Assembly: GCA_048939245.1 (NCBI GenBank)
Contig: JBHLPR010000005.1
Span: forward strand, 1 to 64,000
DNA from: Promethearchaeota archaeon
GTDB taxonomy: Archaea; Asgardarchaeota; Hermodarchaeia; Hermodarchaeales; Hermodarchaeaceae
Direction of reading: 5' to 3'
DNA length: 64,000 nucleotides
Under the pieces are notes generated by a model, which was given only the letters and a program-made list of their open reading frames with translations, made no database searches and was not told the DNA's origin. Positions 18,264-28,369 of the stretch are shown here, one piece after another (the stretch's first letter is position 1; each line of letters starts with the position of its first letter). The position numbers were made by a program, and so were the translations under genes.

Positions 18264-19166
18264 TTATTTTGATTTCGGTAAAAAATCGGTTAACTTGCGC
18301 GAACTAGTTTGATGAAGATAGATTGCACACTGCTGTGGTTCGATTTTCCGATATTCTAACCCGAGTTGTTCGAGGAGGGCATGTGTCCCCTTAGTAAGAC
18401 TAGGCGCAACGAGAACTCCACGAATTTCATTGCCCTCATCGGTTTGGAAACTTTTAATGTAGCCATGGAGTTGATGCACTGCTTCACTATCAGCTCGACG
18501 TCGTTTAACTTCGATGATTACTAATCGGTCTTCACTATCACGAGCAAAAATGTCTATAAACCCTGGCATGACTTTGCGTTCTCGTTGAATGGTTCGAAGC
18601 CCGGGTTCAATAAGTTCAGGATGAACACTGAGAACTTGTTGCATCTCATCCTCAGTCAGATACATACTGAATTCACCGGGATCATCGACTAGGTTTGCAC
18701 TTAACATCATAAGCGAAGAGAATTCAATTCGGACAGTTTCCCGTGGTTTCGCACGATTAGCAAAGAGGAAGAGAGTGTCATCTTCATAACTTACCTTAAG
18801 TGTGGCACCTGGTGGTTGCCAGTTCACTGGTTCAACCCCACTTTCTTTATGAACCAAGATTGTGCCATCACGCTTCAAGATTATTAGGCGTTCTCCCTCA
18901 GTAAGAACAGATCGTGCACGTCCTTGATATTCAACAAAGCAAGTGCCAACAATTTGAATAAAACGTTTTTGAGAAATAGCGTCTCCAAGAATAATAGAGG
19001 CTTCTTCCAGGGAAGGGGATTGGAGAAGCCAAATTTTATCGTTCACAGAAAACTCATGAGCTGGCAATGTCTTTCCCGTCGAAGTCACCCCCATAATTCT
19101 AAATAAGTATTCACTCGAAGATAGGAATTGTGCATAAAGTTCGGTTGTATGACGAATCAGCTCCAA
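18264..19166 (-). CDS. nucS: Mismatch endonuclease NucS/EndoMS (true start likely downstream of the ORF-track start)
   Basis: CFVEYQGRARS, KRDGTILVH, PVNWQPPG, IDIFARD...IIEVKR...AVHQL. Confidence 0.93.
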   Translation of the reverse strand: MELIRHTTELYAQFLSSSEYLFRIMGVTSTGKTLPAHEFSVNDKIWLLQSPSLEEASIILGDAISQKRFIQIVGTCFVEYQGRARSVLTEGERLIILKRDGTILVHKESGVEPVNWQPPGATLKVSYEDDTLFLFANRAKPRETVRIEFSSLMMLSANLVDDPGEFSMYLTEDEMQQVLSVHPELIEPGLRTIQRERKVMPGFIDIFARDSEDRLVIIEVKRRRADSEAVHQLHGYIKSFQTDEGNEIRGVLVAPSLTKGTHALLEQLGLEYRKIEPQQCAIYLHQTSSRKLTDFLPKSK

Positions 19167-19663
19167 TATATCATCGCAGGTATCGTCAAATTCAAGGAAT
19201 CAAGTATCAGGCTATAGCACCATTTCTACTGGAAGGTCCGATTATCGATGTTGGATTTGGCACCGGAATTGGATTAGCTTCAATTATCAAGCATTCTCCC
19301 GTGGTAGGTATCGACGGGTCTATTGAGATGTTACGGTTTGCAGCTGAGCAACTCAAAGAGATGAAACAAGGAAACCAAATGGTTTCGTTAGTATGTGCCT
19401 TAGCTGAAGCTTTGCCCGTTCGTGATTGCAGTGTTCCTTCTGTGGTTAGTGTGACAATGATTCAAAATCTAACTAGTGTAGTTCAAGGCATTGACGAACT
19501 TCGTAGAATCGTACAAAAGGATGGGCGATTGGCACTGACCAGTCTTTCAAAGGTTCTTCCACTCAAAGAACTCGAATCTAAAATTAAGATTAACTTCACT
19601 GTGATTACGCATTTTGAAAATCTTGCTGCAGAGGATGATGGACTAATATTCCGTCCGTCCTGA
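19130..19663 (+). CDS. Class I SAM-dependent methyltransferase
   Basis: IIDVGFGTG, VGIDGSIEML, AEALPV. Confidence 0.8.
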   Translation: MHKVRLYDESAPIYHRRYRQIQGIKYQAIAPFLLEGPIIDVGFGTGIGLASIIKHSPVVGIDGSIEMLRFAAEQLKEMKQGNQMVSLVCALAEALPVRDCSVPSVVSVTMIQNLTSVVQGIDELRRIVQKDGRLALTSLSKVLPLKELESKIKINFTVITHFENLAAEDDGLIFRPS

Positions 19664-19747
19664 ACTAGATTCAATTACCTATATTTGTTAGCTAACTGAC
19701 CGTTAGCTTTAAGTGGCAATTCACAATTAGCAGGATTACCCTCGAGG

Positions 19748-20008
19748 TTGAAAACCGTGGATAACCAGCCCATTAAGATTTTGCAAAAAGCCGCTAATAA
19801 TTTAGTATTGATTAAGCTCAAAGATGGAAAGGAATACCAGGGCCGCTTAAAGGAGATAGACATGTACATGAACCTCGTTCTTGAGGGAGCTGAGGAACTA
19901 ATGGATGGAAATCCGACTGCTAAATTTGGCGAGGTTTTAATCAGAGGTAACAATATTCTCTACATTAAACCAGATCTCACCCAGATTATTTGGGAAAACA
20001 AAGATTAA
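19748..20008 (+). CDS. Sm-like archaeal protein (SmAP/LSm)
   Basis: IKLKDGKEYQGRLKEIDMYMNLVL (Sm1) and VLIRGNNILYI (Sm2). Confidence 0.96.
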   Translation: MKTVDNQPIKILQKAANNLVLIKLKDGKEYQGRLKEIDMYMNLVLEGAEELMDGNPTAKFGEVLIRGNNILYIKPDLTQIIWENKD

Positions 20009-20047
20009 CCTAGGGTGCAGCAAGCCCATCTGAAAGACATGTCAGGA

Positions 20048-22114
20048 TTATTCGGATTTCTGCTTTCGTCTTTCTTGACGATATTCTTCGATAAGATGTT
20101 CTAAGGCATCGGCAGCATCTTCTCGTTCAGTAATTTTATGGTGTTCTTGCCATTTTCTGATTTCATCTTCTAATTGCTCAATGTCAACAACTGCAAATTC
20201 ATCAACCATTGTTATTCGTAGATTGCCTGCATCAATAACCGGAATCTGAGCAGAGGTGAAATGGTCGAGTGCTAAATGTGACATGGCTCCATTTGTGATG
20301 ATGACTTGTGCTCCGAATTGAATTAGTTGTTCTGCTGTAGAGCTACCTCCACCGCTTGGATTTTGAATTAGAACGATTCTTCCTTTTTTCCTTGAAGAAC
20401 GTGTTTGTAAGTGTCTGATTTCTTCTTGAGAAAAGATTGGAAGCACAAGAATTGGCTGAACTTCTCCTCGAGTTTCTAATTGTCTCATTAATTTTAGATT
20501 CGAGATCGTGTGTTCTGCTGCAGCAAGTTTCTCATTAATTTGTTCAATTGTCTTTTGTAGTCGTGATATCTCCGCATCCTTTCGTTGGACCAATTCATCC
20601 CGACGTTGTTCACGCTGTTCTAGGTTTAAAGCGCGGTCTAATTGTCGTTTCATTTGGCGATGCTTTTTCTTAATCTGTTTTAATGAGTCCTGACTTTTAG
20701 CAAGTTTATTCTTTTCAAATTCAAGTTGCCTTTGAAGCGAATCAATTTGGCGGTGTAATTGAGTTATATTTTCCTGAAGGCCTTCACTAGTGGATGATTC
20801 TTGCAATAATTTAGGAGGGGCGGTGGCCTGGGATTCATCTTTAGTGTCCTGTTCTATGATTACAGAGAGGTCGAATGCATCATGAATAGAACCGCCTCGG
20901 AGTACAAACTTTACGGCTTCTTTGATATTGTGTTTCTGTTTACTTTGGGATATTCGATTTCGTAGGAGAATTAACCTTCGATCATAAAACTGGAATACAT
21001 TGGCAACCGCGGCTAAAGCATCTCGCTGATGAGCATTTTTGGGTAGCAAATCTGAGTCTTTAGCAAAGGATTTTGCTAATTCCCGTTTTTCAGCGACCGA
21101 CAATAATTTCGTTGGCTGGAAAACGGGAGTTTGGAGTGTAGTCCCAAGTTTTTCGATGAAACTTGGTGCAGGAGCTACATCCGCAGCAATCAATATCGGT
21201 TTTCCATATTCAACCAGGTATCGAATAACGTCTCCTCGAGACCAGCCGCGTCCACTATGAAGAGCTAAAATGCGTCCTGAAACATTTGAAATAGCAATGC
21301 CCACAGTTGTTCCTGCGTCAATACCAACAACCAAAGATTGACGGGGACCTAATCTTTCTTTCTTACCTGGTTTTTGGAGGTACAAAATTCTACGATGCTT
21401 AACAGGAGAAATTTGAACTGCAACACCAGCAATTCGATTAATTTCTGAATGGACAATTTTAGTTATATTATCAAATGAGTCATAAACATGAATTAAACAT
21501 CGTGACCAGCCATGAGTTGCCCGTGTCTCGTAGTGGTCATGATCCATTTGAGCCTTACTGATTTTTTCAATTATACTTCGGGCCACCTGTTGAATTGCTC
21601 CATGCATTCGCCTTTGATATCGTCCTTGAGAAAAACCACCGGGGCCAATATTACGAGCTCTTGACACGGTTATTCGTGTTTCCTGGGCTAAGGCGGAAAT
21701 CTCAGTGCCCACACCTAAGGCTGCTAACTGTGCTATTAGGATTGAAGTTTCAATTGGATTTGGATGTCGATTCACTTGTAGTCCATTTCTTCTTGCCAGT
21801 TTTGTTATAGGTGTCATACCATGAATAGGAGATCCTGTGACCTGGATGATTCGTGTTTTCGAAGGAACTTTTGAAAGAAAATCTATCACTCCCTTCTCCG
21901 TGGGAGCTAACTCGAGTAGATTATCCGTCGCTAAGATATCGGGTTTTAGCTGACGAACTTTTTTAAGTAATTCATTTCTTCGAACCGAGGCATGTGTTTC
22001 AAAGTCATTTGCATTCAAAATTGCCATGGCATATCGAGGTTGTTTTTTTGCTGAAGGCGATTGTTGGGGGAGGATATCAAAGCCAATAATCAATGGTTGG
22101 ATTTTCTCAGTCAT
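20048..22114 (-). CDS. DUF460 / COG2433 protein (RNase H-like fold plus coiled coil)
   Basis: IIGFDI, LATDNLLEL, GPGGFSQGRYQR, VVGIDAGTTVG, HQRDALAA, LIEEYRQER. Confidence 0.88.
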   Translation of the reverse strand: MTEKIQPLIIGFDILPQQSPSAKKQPRYAMAILNANDFETHASVRRNELLKKVRQLKPDILATDNLLELAPTEKGVIDFLSKVPSKTRIIQVTGSPIHGMTPITKLARRNGLQVNRHPNPIETSILIAQLAALGVGTEISALAQETRITVSRARNIGPGGFSQGRYQRRMHGAIQQVARSIIEKISKAQMDHDHYETRATHGWSRCLIHVYDSFDNITKIVHSEINRIAGVAVQISPVKHRRILYLQKPGKKERLGPRQSLVVGIDAGTTVGIAISNVSGRILALHSGRGWSRGDVIRYLVEYGKPILIAADVAPAPSFIEKLGTTLQTPVFQPTKLLSVAEKRELAKSFAKDSDLLPKNAHQRDALAAVANVFQFYDRRLILLRNRISQSKQKHNIKEAVKFVLRGGSIHDAFDLSVIIEQDTKDESQATAPPKLLQESSTSEGLQENITQLHRQIDSLQRQLEFEKNKLAKSQDSLKQIKKKHRQMKRQLDRALNLEQREQRRDELVQRKDAEISRLQKTIEQINEKLAAAEHTISNLKLMRQLETRGEVQPILVLPIFSQEEIRHLQTRSSRKKGRIVLIQNPSGGGSSTAEQLIQFGAQVIITNGAMSHLALDHFTSAQIPVIDAGNLRITMVDEFAVVDIEQLEDEIRKWQEHHKITEREDAADALEHLIEEYRQERRKQKSE

Positions 22115-23015
22115 TTTTTCGCGTTCCTTGAGTACTGGCTATCACCCGATTAAGAGTTTTATCAACATCGTATAGGATTTGGAATCTTCTTTTGAAGAAA
22201 GTAATCACATTTGTGATGTCACGTTTAAGCAACCATAAGGCATTGGGATGTGTTAAAGGCTGCCATTGCGGCCAATCAAACAGAGTAATTTGGTCTTTTT
22301 CATCAACAAAAATATTATACTCACTGAGATCACCATGAATCAATTCGGCTTTCTGATAGGCTAATTGCACTTGTTTGATGATTTCTTCAAGTACGGAGTG
22401 CGGGTTTTTTAATTCGGTCGTGTGTAATAGAAGTTCCCCAGACATTTTTGACATTACTAGCACGTGCCGATTAACAGCCAATGGTTCGGGAACTTTCCCA
22501 CCAACTTTTCTCAAGATTTGGAGTGCCGTAAATTCCCGTTTTGCAGCGCGTTTACTAAAATCCATCCAAGAACCCGCTGATTCATCTTTTAATTTTCGAA
22601 GCCGTCTAACTTGCCGAAAACTGCTTCGCCCCCAACGTAAAAATTTTACAGCAACTTCTTCATTCTGTGCATCAAGAGCACGATAGACTGTTGATTCTTT
22701 ACCCACACCATAAGGTTGTCCCAATGAGAGGATGACATCCTTTTGGGCTAAATCATAGAGAGCGAGTGCATCATAACCTGTTTGAGAAATTCGATATCCA
22801 AGATACCGTTTTCTTTTTCTTTGAACTAAGCCTTTTTTGTTTAATTGGCCTAAAATGAACAGAACATCTTCGGGGTCAATGGGCGTCTGCTTTGTGATTT
22901 CATCGGGTGGAGCGTATTCAAAGCGGTGCGTGGTTTGTTCAAGTGTTTGAAGAACTTGGATTTCTTCAGGTTGGATTTCTGGCAGTATTTTGGCTAAACG
23001 ATGCACATCAATCAC
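22107..23015 (-). CDS. RIO2-type serine kinase
   Basis: N-terminal wHTH with GYDALAL, GVGKESTVY, IHGDLSEYNI, DWPQ. Confidence 0.93.
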   Translation of the reverse strand: MIDVHRLAKILPEIQPEEIQVLQTLEQTTHRFEYAPPDEITKQTPIDPEDVLFILGQLNKKGLVQRKRKRYLGYRISQTGYDALALYDLAQKDVILSLGQPYGVGKESTVYRALDAQNEEVAVKFLRWGRSSFRQVRRLRKLKDESAGSWMDFSKRAAKREFTALQILRKVGGKVPEPLAVNRHVLVMSKMSGELLLHTTELKNPHSVLEEIIKQVQLAYQKAELIHGDLSEYNIFVDEKDQITLFDWPQWQPLTHPNALWLLKRDITNVITFFKRRFQILYDVDKTLNRVIASTQGTRKND

Positions 23016-23223
23016 ATGAATGATTACGGTGTGTTGAAAAAAAACTATCGGGAAAAATGTCGGGCGACTTTAATGAGCCCTGTCTCTATGCATCCGAATC
23101 TATTGAAATAACCTTCCTTTTGGTGATTAGGTGTTTAGATAACTTTCCGCTTAATTAAATTGGGAAACGTATATATGGGAGAGCCGATGAATTGGCTACT
23201 GGTTCATCGCACTGCTGTGGCGG

Positions 23224-23514
23224 GTGTCCATCAAATTGAATGAACGATTCGAAGTGCCAGATGAAGATGTACCGCGTGTGGCTAAGGCGCTTTCCAGTAA
23301 AACGAGGTGGGACATCATTGCTCTTCTCCGTGACAAGAGTATGGATGTCAGCCGAATTGCGAAAGCTCTCAAGCAGACTGAGGCAAATATTAGTGCTCAA
23401 GTTAAAATTCTTGAACAAGCAGGACTGATCAAGAGTCACTATGAACCAGGCGAGCATGGTGTTCGTAAGGTCTGTGAACCTGCAGTAAAACAAGTCATTA
23501 TTAATGCCATATAA
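23224..23514 (+). CDS. ArsR-family wHTH regulator
   Basis: KALSSKTRWDII...QTEANISAQVKILEQAGLI...GEHGVRKVC. Confidence 0.9.
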   Translation: MSIKLNERFEVPDEDVPRVAKALSSKTRWDIIALLRDKSMDVSRIAKALKQTEANISAQVKILEQAGLIKSHYEPGEHGVRKVCEPAVKQVIINAI

Positions 23515-23628
23515 TAGTACAGAATATTCTTGTTCAGAACCAGGTCGCGGTTAGTCACAGAGCGTACATTTATATGGTTATCCGATTACTGCTCAAATCT
23601 CTCTCGAAACATTATAAACTCCTGAGAT

Positions 23629-23889
23629 ATGGTGTTGAAGCAATTGTCAGCAGAAGGCTCTCGCATTCGAACATTATTGAGTCGTTTTGGAACTCTCCTT
23701 GAGTCGATTTTTATTTTTGTCCTATTACTAAGTGGTATCGGAGTTAGTTATATTGGTAAAACTGCAGGCATAATAGGGGCAGGAATTGTCTTACTTTCAG
23801 TTAGTTTAGTCGTTCAGATTATTGCATTTATTCTCCTCGGTTTATACTTCTATTTGCGATTCCTCCGGAGAAGAATCAGCACTGATTAA
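23629..23889 (+). CDS. Small two-TM hypothetical membrane protein
   Basis: ATG start, two hydrophobic segments, basic C-terminus. Confidence 0.6.
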   Translation: MVLKQLSAEGSRIRTLLSRFGTLLESIFIFVLLLSGIGVSYIGKTAGIIGAGIVLLSVSLVVQIIAFILLGLYFYLRFLRRRISTD

Positions 23890-23949
23890 TTCACCCAGAT
23901 TAGTTGGCTTCTTTAAGGTCAAATGGAATTGTATGTTTGAGGTTAATTT

Positions 23950-24531
23950 GTGGACGTAATTCTTGGAATTTGCATCACGGCGTTCTTCTTTCTTCTTCTG
24001 TCATTCGCTGCATTAAGAGATTATCAGATAAGAGAAGTGTCCAACTGGGTTTGGTTAGTTGGGTTGATTGGTCTTCCGATCACAATCTATCGTATCGTAC
24101 TAGCAGGATTACTGCTATTATTTGGACTCCAAACGTCCTTAGTATTCATCCTAGTGATATTGGGATTTAGAGTAGGAATTCTTGGCGGAGCAGATGGAAA
24201 AACGGTACTGTTAATCTCACTACTTTGTCCTTGGATAATTCTAGACCCCATCTGGCTCTTGTTCGCCCCATTCCTCATCTTGATTGGGGGATTCCTATTG
24301 GTTGGAGTTCATAGCCTATGGCTCCTCCTACGGAACATATTCACCCGGAATCGAATTTCAAAGACACAAGGTGTCATGGAAAAACCAGAAAAGCGAGCAT
24401 ATTGGCTAACTCGACAATTTTCTGTTATCCAAATAAAAGGGCATGAATGGAAGCAGGTTAGTGTTCCCTTAATTCTCTATTTTTGTATCATTTATACGAT
24501 ATTGCTGTTTCTGACATGCGTATTGCTTTGA
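23950..24531 (+). CDS. A24-family prepilin/preflagellin peptidase-like protein
   Basis: AALRDYQIREVSNWVW, GGADGK (GxGD-type aspartates), VPLI. Confidence 0.82.
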   Translation: MDVILGICITAFFFLLLSFAALRDYQIREVSNWVWLVGLIGLPITIYRIVLAGLLLLFGLQTSLVFILVILGFRVGILGGADGKTVLLISLLCPWIILDPIWLLFAPFLILIGGFLLVGVHSLWLLLRNIFTRNRISKTQGVMEKPEKRAYWLTRQFSVIQIKGHEWKQVSVPLILYFCIIYTILLFLTCVLL

Positions 24532-24544
24532 GATTAAGAGGCAC

Positions 24545-25303
24545 CTAGAGTTCGCCGCCTGGCATCACAACGAGTCCAGAACTACTGATTTCGAATGGGA
24601 ACCGTTTTAGGCTATGACCAGTTTGCCGCATTTTTCGAACCACTAGACTTCGTCGAAGTTCACGATCTTGCTCTGTGAGTGAGAGAATAATAAGGCCCTG
24701 CGCAATGAACTCTTCAACACCGTATCGGCTAAAGCCGGTTGACCCCTCAGCAACTTCAGAAGTCATGATTGATGTTGCACCTAGCTCTCGTAGAAGACTG
24801 GATAATTTGAATATGGCATTTCGGACTGCCGCTATTCCTTCAAAGCGTATGCCAAGGCCTGAAACCGAGTCTATAACAATTCGCCGAGCATTAATTCGTT
24901 TTGTAACACGATAGATTTCTTGTGCAAGTGCGTTAATGTCAAGACCTGTACGAATTGCGTGCGGTTCTGTTGTTGGTAGTCCGGCTTTACTTGAAGCCGC
25001 ATCGACGATGATGAGTTTTTCTTCTTCTTGCAATTTTTCAAAATTCCAGCCAAACCGTGTTGCCTCATGACGCAATTCTTTTGGTCTTTCTTCTAATGTG
25101 ACAAAAACACCGTTGTCACCGTACTTCATTGCTCCCGAATAAAGAAATTGCATGCAGAAGATTGTTTTTCCTGTGCCTGCTCCACCTGAAACAAGCACAT
25201 TACTTCCAGGTATATACCCTCCGTGAAGGATTCCATCTAATCCAGGAATTCCTGTCTTCACACGTTCTGATGTCTCAGGCATCACCATTTTCCTCCTTAT
25301 CAA
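24545..25303 (-). CDS. KaiC/RAD55-family single-domain ATPase
   Basis: RVKTGIPGLD, GGAGTGKT, VTLEE, RIVIDS, VRKMR. Confidence 0.92.
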   Translation of the reverse strand: MIRRKMVMPETSERVKTGIPGLDGILHGGYIPGSNVLVSGGAGTGKTIFCMQFLYSGAMKYGDNGVFVTLEERPKELRHEATRFGWNFEKLQEEEKLIIVDAASSKAGLPTTEPHAIRTGLDINALAQEIYRVTKRINARRIVIDSVSGLGIRFEGIAAVRNAIFKLSSLLRELGATSIMTSEVAEGSTGFSRYGVEEFIAQGLIILSLTEQDRELRRSLVVRKMRQTGHSLKRFPFEISSSGLVVMPGGEL

Positions 25304-25802
25304 TGACGGGTAAGCCGGTGCCTATCAGGCTATCCCCTTTTGTTGGTTGTGTTAGGAACCAAAGTTTTGCATCGACAACATCTGGGTTGTCTTTCAATTT
25401 GTCGAATATCTCTTCAAGATCTGTTTTCCGTTTACCAAGGATAATTGTAAGGATACCAGTTTCGTTTTCATTTAATGCAAGAAAAATCACATTGGGGCGG
25501 TTTTCAAGTTCTGCTTTAATTTTCTGGGTATGCTCGATTGTAATATCACGGAGGATATGCCCACCAATTTCAATGAACATAACTCCAGATACTGTATACC
25601 CAAGCATCTCTGGATCGATGCTCACTGTAAATCGTTTTATTACCCCGGCTTGTTGAAGTTTTCGAATACGGAATAAAATCGTGGTATCGGGAATGTTTTG
25701 CTTCATCGCCTTCGATAATGTCCGAGCGATTTGTGTATACTTTGCTCGCCCATCTTTTTGGAGCAAAGCGAGGATTTGCATATCCTTTTCATCCAGTTTC
25801 AC
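25275..25802 (-). CDS. Lrp/AsnC-family regulator
   Basis: LDEKDMQILALLQKDGR...RIRKLQQAGVIKRFT. Confidence 0.9.
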   Translation of the reverse strand: MKLDEKDMQILALLQKDGRAKYTQIARTLSKAMKQNIPDTTILFRIRKLQQAGVIKRFTVSIDPEMLGYTVSGVMFIEIGGHILRDITIEHTQKIKAELENRPNVIFLALNENETGILTIILGKRKTDLEEIFDKLKDNPDVVDAKLWFLTQPTKGDSLIGTGLPVIDKEENGDA

Positions 25803-25906
25803 TAAAATCCCTCGACGTAAAAATGTCTAAAACGCCATTATGCAAAGTGACCTATTAAGGTTTCCTCAAAGAGTTTTAAATTTTAAAGAGAAATCCTTAA
25901 TGCGTT

Positions 25907-26263
25907 TCAAGGAGTCAGAGAAGAATAATAGTAAACGAAATTAAACACGACAAACCAGACAACAAGGAATACCAGTACTCCGGTGCCTAAACCTTTCATG
26001 AGACCTTTTGCGTGTCCTCCAATTTCTTCTGGATTAACACCGAGGACGTAAATTGGAATAAGGTATGAGGCAACAACTAAAACTACTCCAAGTATGAATC
26101 CCACTATTCCGAGGAGACCCGAAAGATTAAAGGTTAAGGCAATTGCTGCTCCAATAAGCGCGAAGATTAAGCGCGTATAATACACTAAATCTTCAGGAGT
26201 TATTCGATTTCGCCAAAATTGGTTCCATGCTAATGTTTCTTCTTGCAAAGATTTCTTCGACAC
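25907..26263 (-). CDS. EMC6/Rab5ip-like three-TM membrane protein
   Basis: YYTRLIFALIGAAI...LSGLLG...GLGTGVLVFLVVWFVVFN resembles the EMC6 pattern (by eye). Confidence 0.6.
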   Translation of the reverse strand: MSKKSLQEETLAWNQFWRNRITPEDLVYYTRLIFALIGAAIALTFNLSGLLGIVGFILGVVLVVASYLIPIYVLGVNPEEIGGHAKGLMKGLGTGVLVFLVVWFVVFNFVYYYSSLTP

Positions 26264-26275
26264 AGGTGAGCCTCC

Positions 26276-28285
26276 ATGAATTCTGGTATGTCCGCATCCG
26301 ATATTTTCGTTATGCTTCGTGAAGTCAAGGACATATTAGTCGGAAGATGGATTTTGAATATTTATCAACTTAACGGTACTTTACTTTTTAAGTTCAGCTC
26401 TGATTCACCAAACAAGAATTGGTTAGTAATTGAGCCCGGAAAAAGGATGCATCTTACTTCGCTCACCTACGAGCGTGAATCCAAGTTGCGATCATTTTGC
26501 AAAGCATTACGGAAACAATTACGTGATCACAAAGTTTCTGAAATAGAACAACATGATTTTGATCGAGTGATTTATCTTCGTGCAGGACCATCTGAAAAAC
26601 GGTTTACCTTAGTAATTGAGCTTTTTGGGGGTGGAAATGCGATTCTCCTTGATCCTAAGGATAGAATCGTCTCGGCCATGACGTTTCGGCGAATGAGAGA
26701 TCGTGATATCGTCCGAGGAGCGCCATTCCAGTTTCCCCCTCTTCGAGCCAAAGATCCTCGTGAAATTTCCTTGAAGGATTTGAGTGCTATTCTTGATGAT
26801 TCAGGTCATGAACTAATTCGAACTTTGGCACGTAATTTGAATATGAGTGGAACCACCGTAGAAGAAATTCTTGCAAGAGCTGAACTTGATCCACAATTAA
26901 CTGCGTCTGATCTTTCAATGAAGCAGAAAAAAGCGCTCTTTAATGCTTTGAATAGATATTTTCAGACTCTTTCAGAGGAACCTTTGAGTCCTCTCATCAT
27001 CTTTAACGAAGATGAAGAACCTATCAAAGTTGTTCCTATAGAAAGCGCTCTTTACCCTAATGCGAAAGTGAAAAAATTTGCTACGTTCAATGGAGCGCTT
27101 GATAATTTCTATTCCTCGCACGAAGAGGATAGTGCTGTTGATGAGATTGAAGACCAGTATCAGCGTGATTTCAACAAGCTTCAACGGTTAAGAGGACAAC
27201 AACAGGAACATCTTGATGATATGCAGACCCGTGCTGCACAGAGTCGTGAGGCAGCTAATGCAATTTACCAAAATCTCAATGTTGTCGAGGAACTAATCTC
27301 TACGATTCAAGAGGCACGTAAACAAAGCTTATCTTGGAAAGAAATTTCCAAACGTCTCGAAGAGGGGAAAAACAAGCAAATTCCAGCCGCACTGATTTTT
27401 ACGAAAATCAACCAGCACGCAGGTCGTATACATATCAAATTAGATAGATTGAGGTTCACCCTGGATATCCGATTATCTGCAGCAGAAAATGCAAACCAAC
27501 TATTCCAACGGAGCAAACAATTAGAGAAGAAGGTGAAGGGTGCAGCAATTGCTATCGAAGATACAGAAACAAAGATTGAACGTCTTCAAAAAAAGCGGGA
27601 AGATGAATTAATTCGAGCAGAGGCTAAGAAGCTTGTTAAGCGTCGCAAAAAGCGGTGGTATGAAAAATTCAGATGGTTTCGAACAGGGACTGGTATGTTA
27701 GTTTTGGGAGGACGTGATGCTGGTAGCAACCAACAATTAATTCGTAAATATTTTGAAGAACAAGATTTGTTTTTCCATGCTGATTTCGCGGGAGCCCCTG
27801 TTGTCATTGCACGAACCGAAGGACAAGAAGTGTCTGATAAAGAATTACTTGAAATTGCTACATTTGCAGTAAGTTACTCACGTGCATGGAAAGCTGGATG
27901 GAGTGCAGCAGACACCTATTGGGTAAATAGCGATCAAGTTTCATTGAGCGCCCCATCGGGAGAATTCTTACCAAAAGGTTCTGTTATGGTTAGAGGTGAA
28001 AGAAACTACATCAATAATGCACCAGTTCGCATTGTGGTAGGTCTTATTTTTGATGAAGAACTTCCCATTATCATTGCAGGACCTGAATCAGCAATTAAGA
28101 AGCAGACTAGCACTTTAGTGAAACTCGTTCCAGGAAAAATGAAGGTTTCAGATGCCGCAAAACGAATCCGTAAGCAGTTTGCTGATCAGGTTCCAGAGGA
28201 GAGGAAAGACCAAGTCCGCACTTTAAGCATTGATGAAATTATCGCTGTGTTACCTCCAGGTCCTGTCGACTTTGAAAATGATTAG
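26276..28285 (+). CDS. rqcH: Ribosome quality control RqcH/NEMF (NFACT) protein
   Basis: QHDFDRVI, IELFGGGNAIL, WYEKFRWF, GGRDAGSN, FFHADFAGAP, APSGEFLPKGS. Confidence 0.95.
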   Translation: MNSGMSASDIFVMLREVKDILVGRWILNIYQLNGTLLFKFSSDSPNKNWLVIEPGKRMHLTSLTYERESKLRSFCKALRKQLRDHKVSEIEQHDFDRVIYLRAGPSEKRFTLVIELFGGGNAILLDPKDRIVSAMTFRRMRDRDIVRGAPFQFPPLRAKDPREISLKDLSAILDDSGHELIRTLARNLNMSGTTVEEILARAELDPQLTASDLSMKQKKALFNALNRYFQTLSEEPLSPLIIFNEDEEPIKVVPIESALYPNAKVKKFATFNGALDNFYSSHEEDSAVDEIEDQYQRDFNKLQRLRGQQQEHLDDMQTRAAQSREAANAIYQNLNVVEELISTIQEARKQSLSWKEISKRLEEGKNKQIPAALIFTKINQHAGRIHIKLDRLRFTLDIRLSAAENANQLFQRSKQLEKKVKGAAIAIEDTETKIERLQKKREDELIRAEAKKLVKRRKKRWYEKFRWFRTGTGMLVLGGRDAGSNQQLIRKYFEEQDLFFHADFAGAPVVIARTEGQEVSDKELLEIATFAVSYSRAWKAGWSAADTYWVNSDQVSLSAPSGEFLPKGSVMVRGERNYINNAPVRIVVGLIFDEELPIIIAGPESAIKKQTSTLVKLVPGKMKVSDAAKRIRKQFADQVPEERKDQVRTLSIDEIIAVLPPGPVDFEND

Positions 28286-28369
28286 AAGAGTTCTTTGCAA
28301 TAGATTGGGATGCAAGAACCAAAGTATTTTGAAGCCGATTACCAAGTATTGTATATCGAGGTGAGATAG

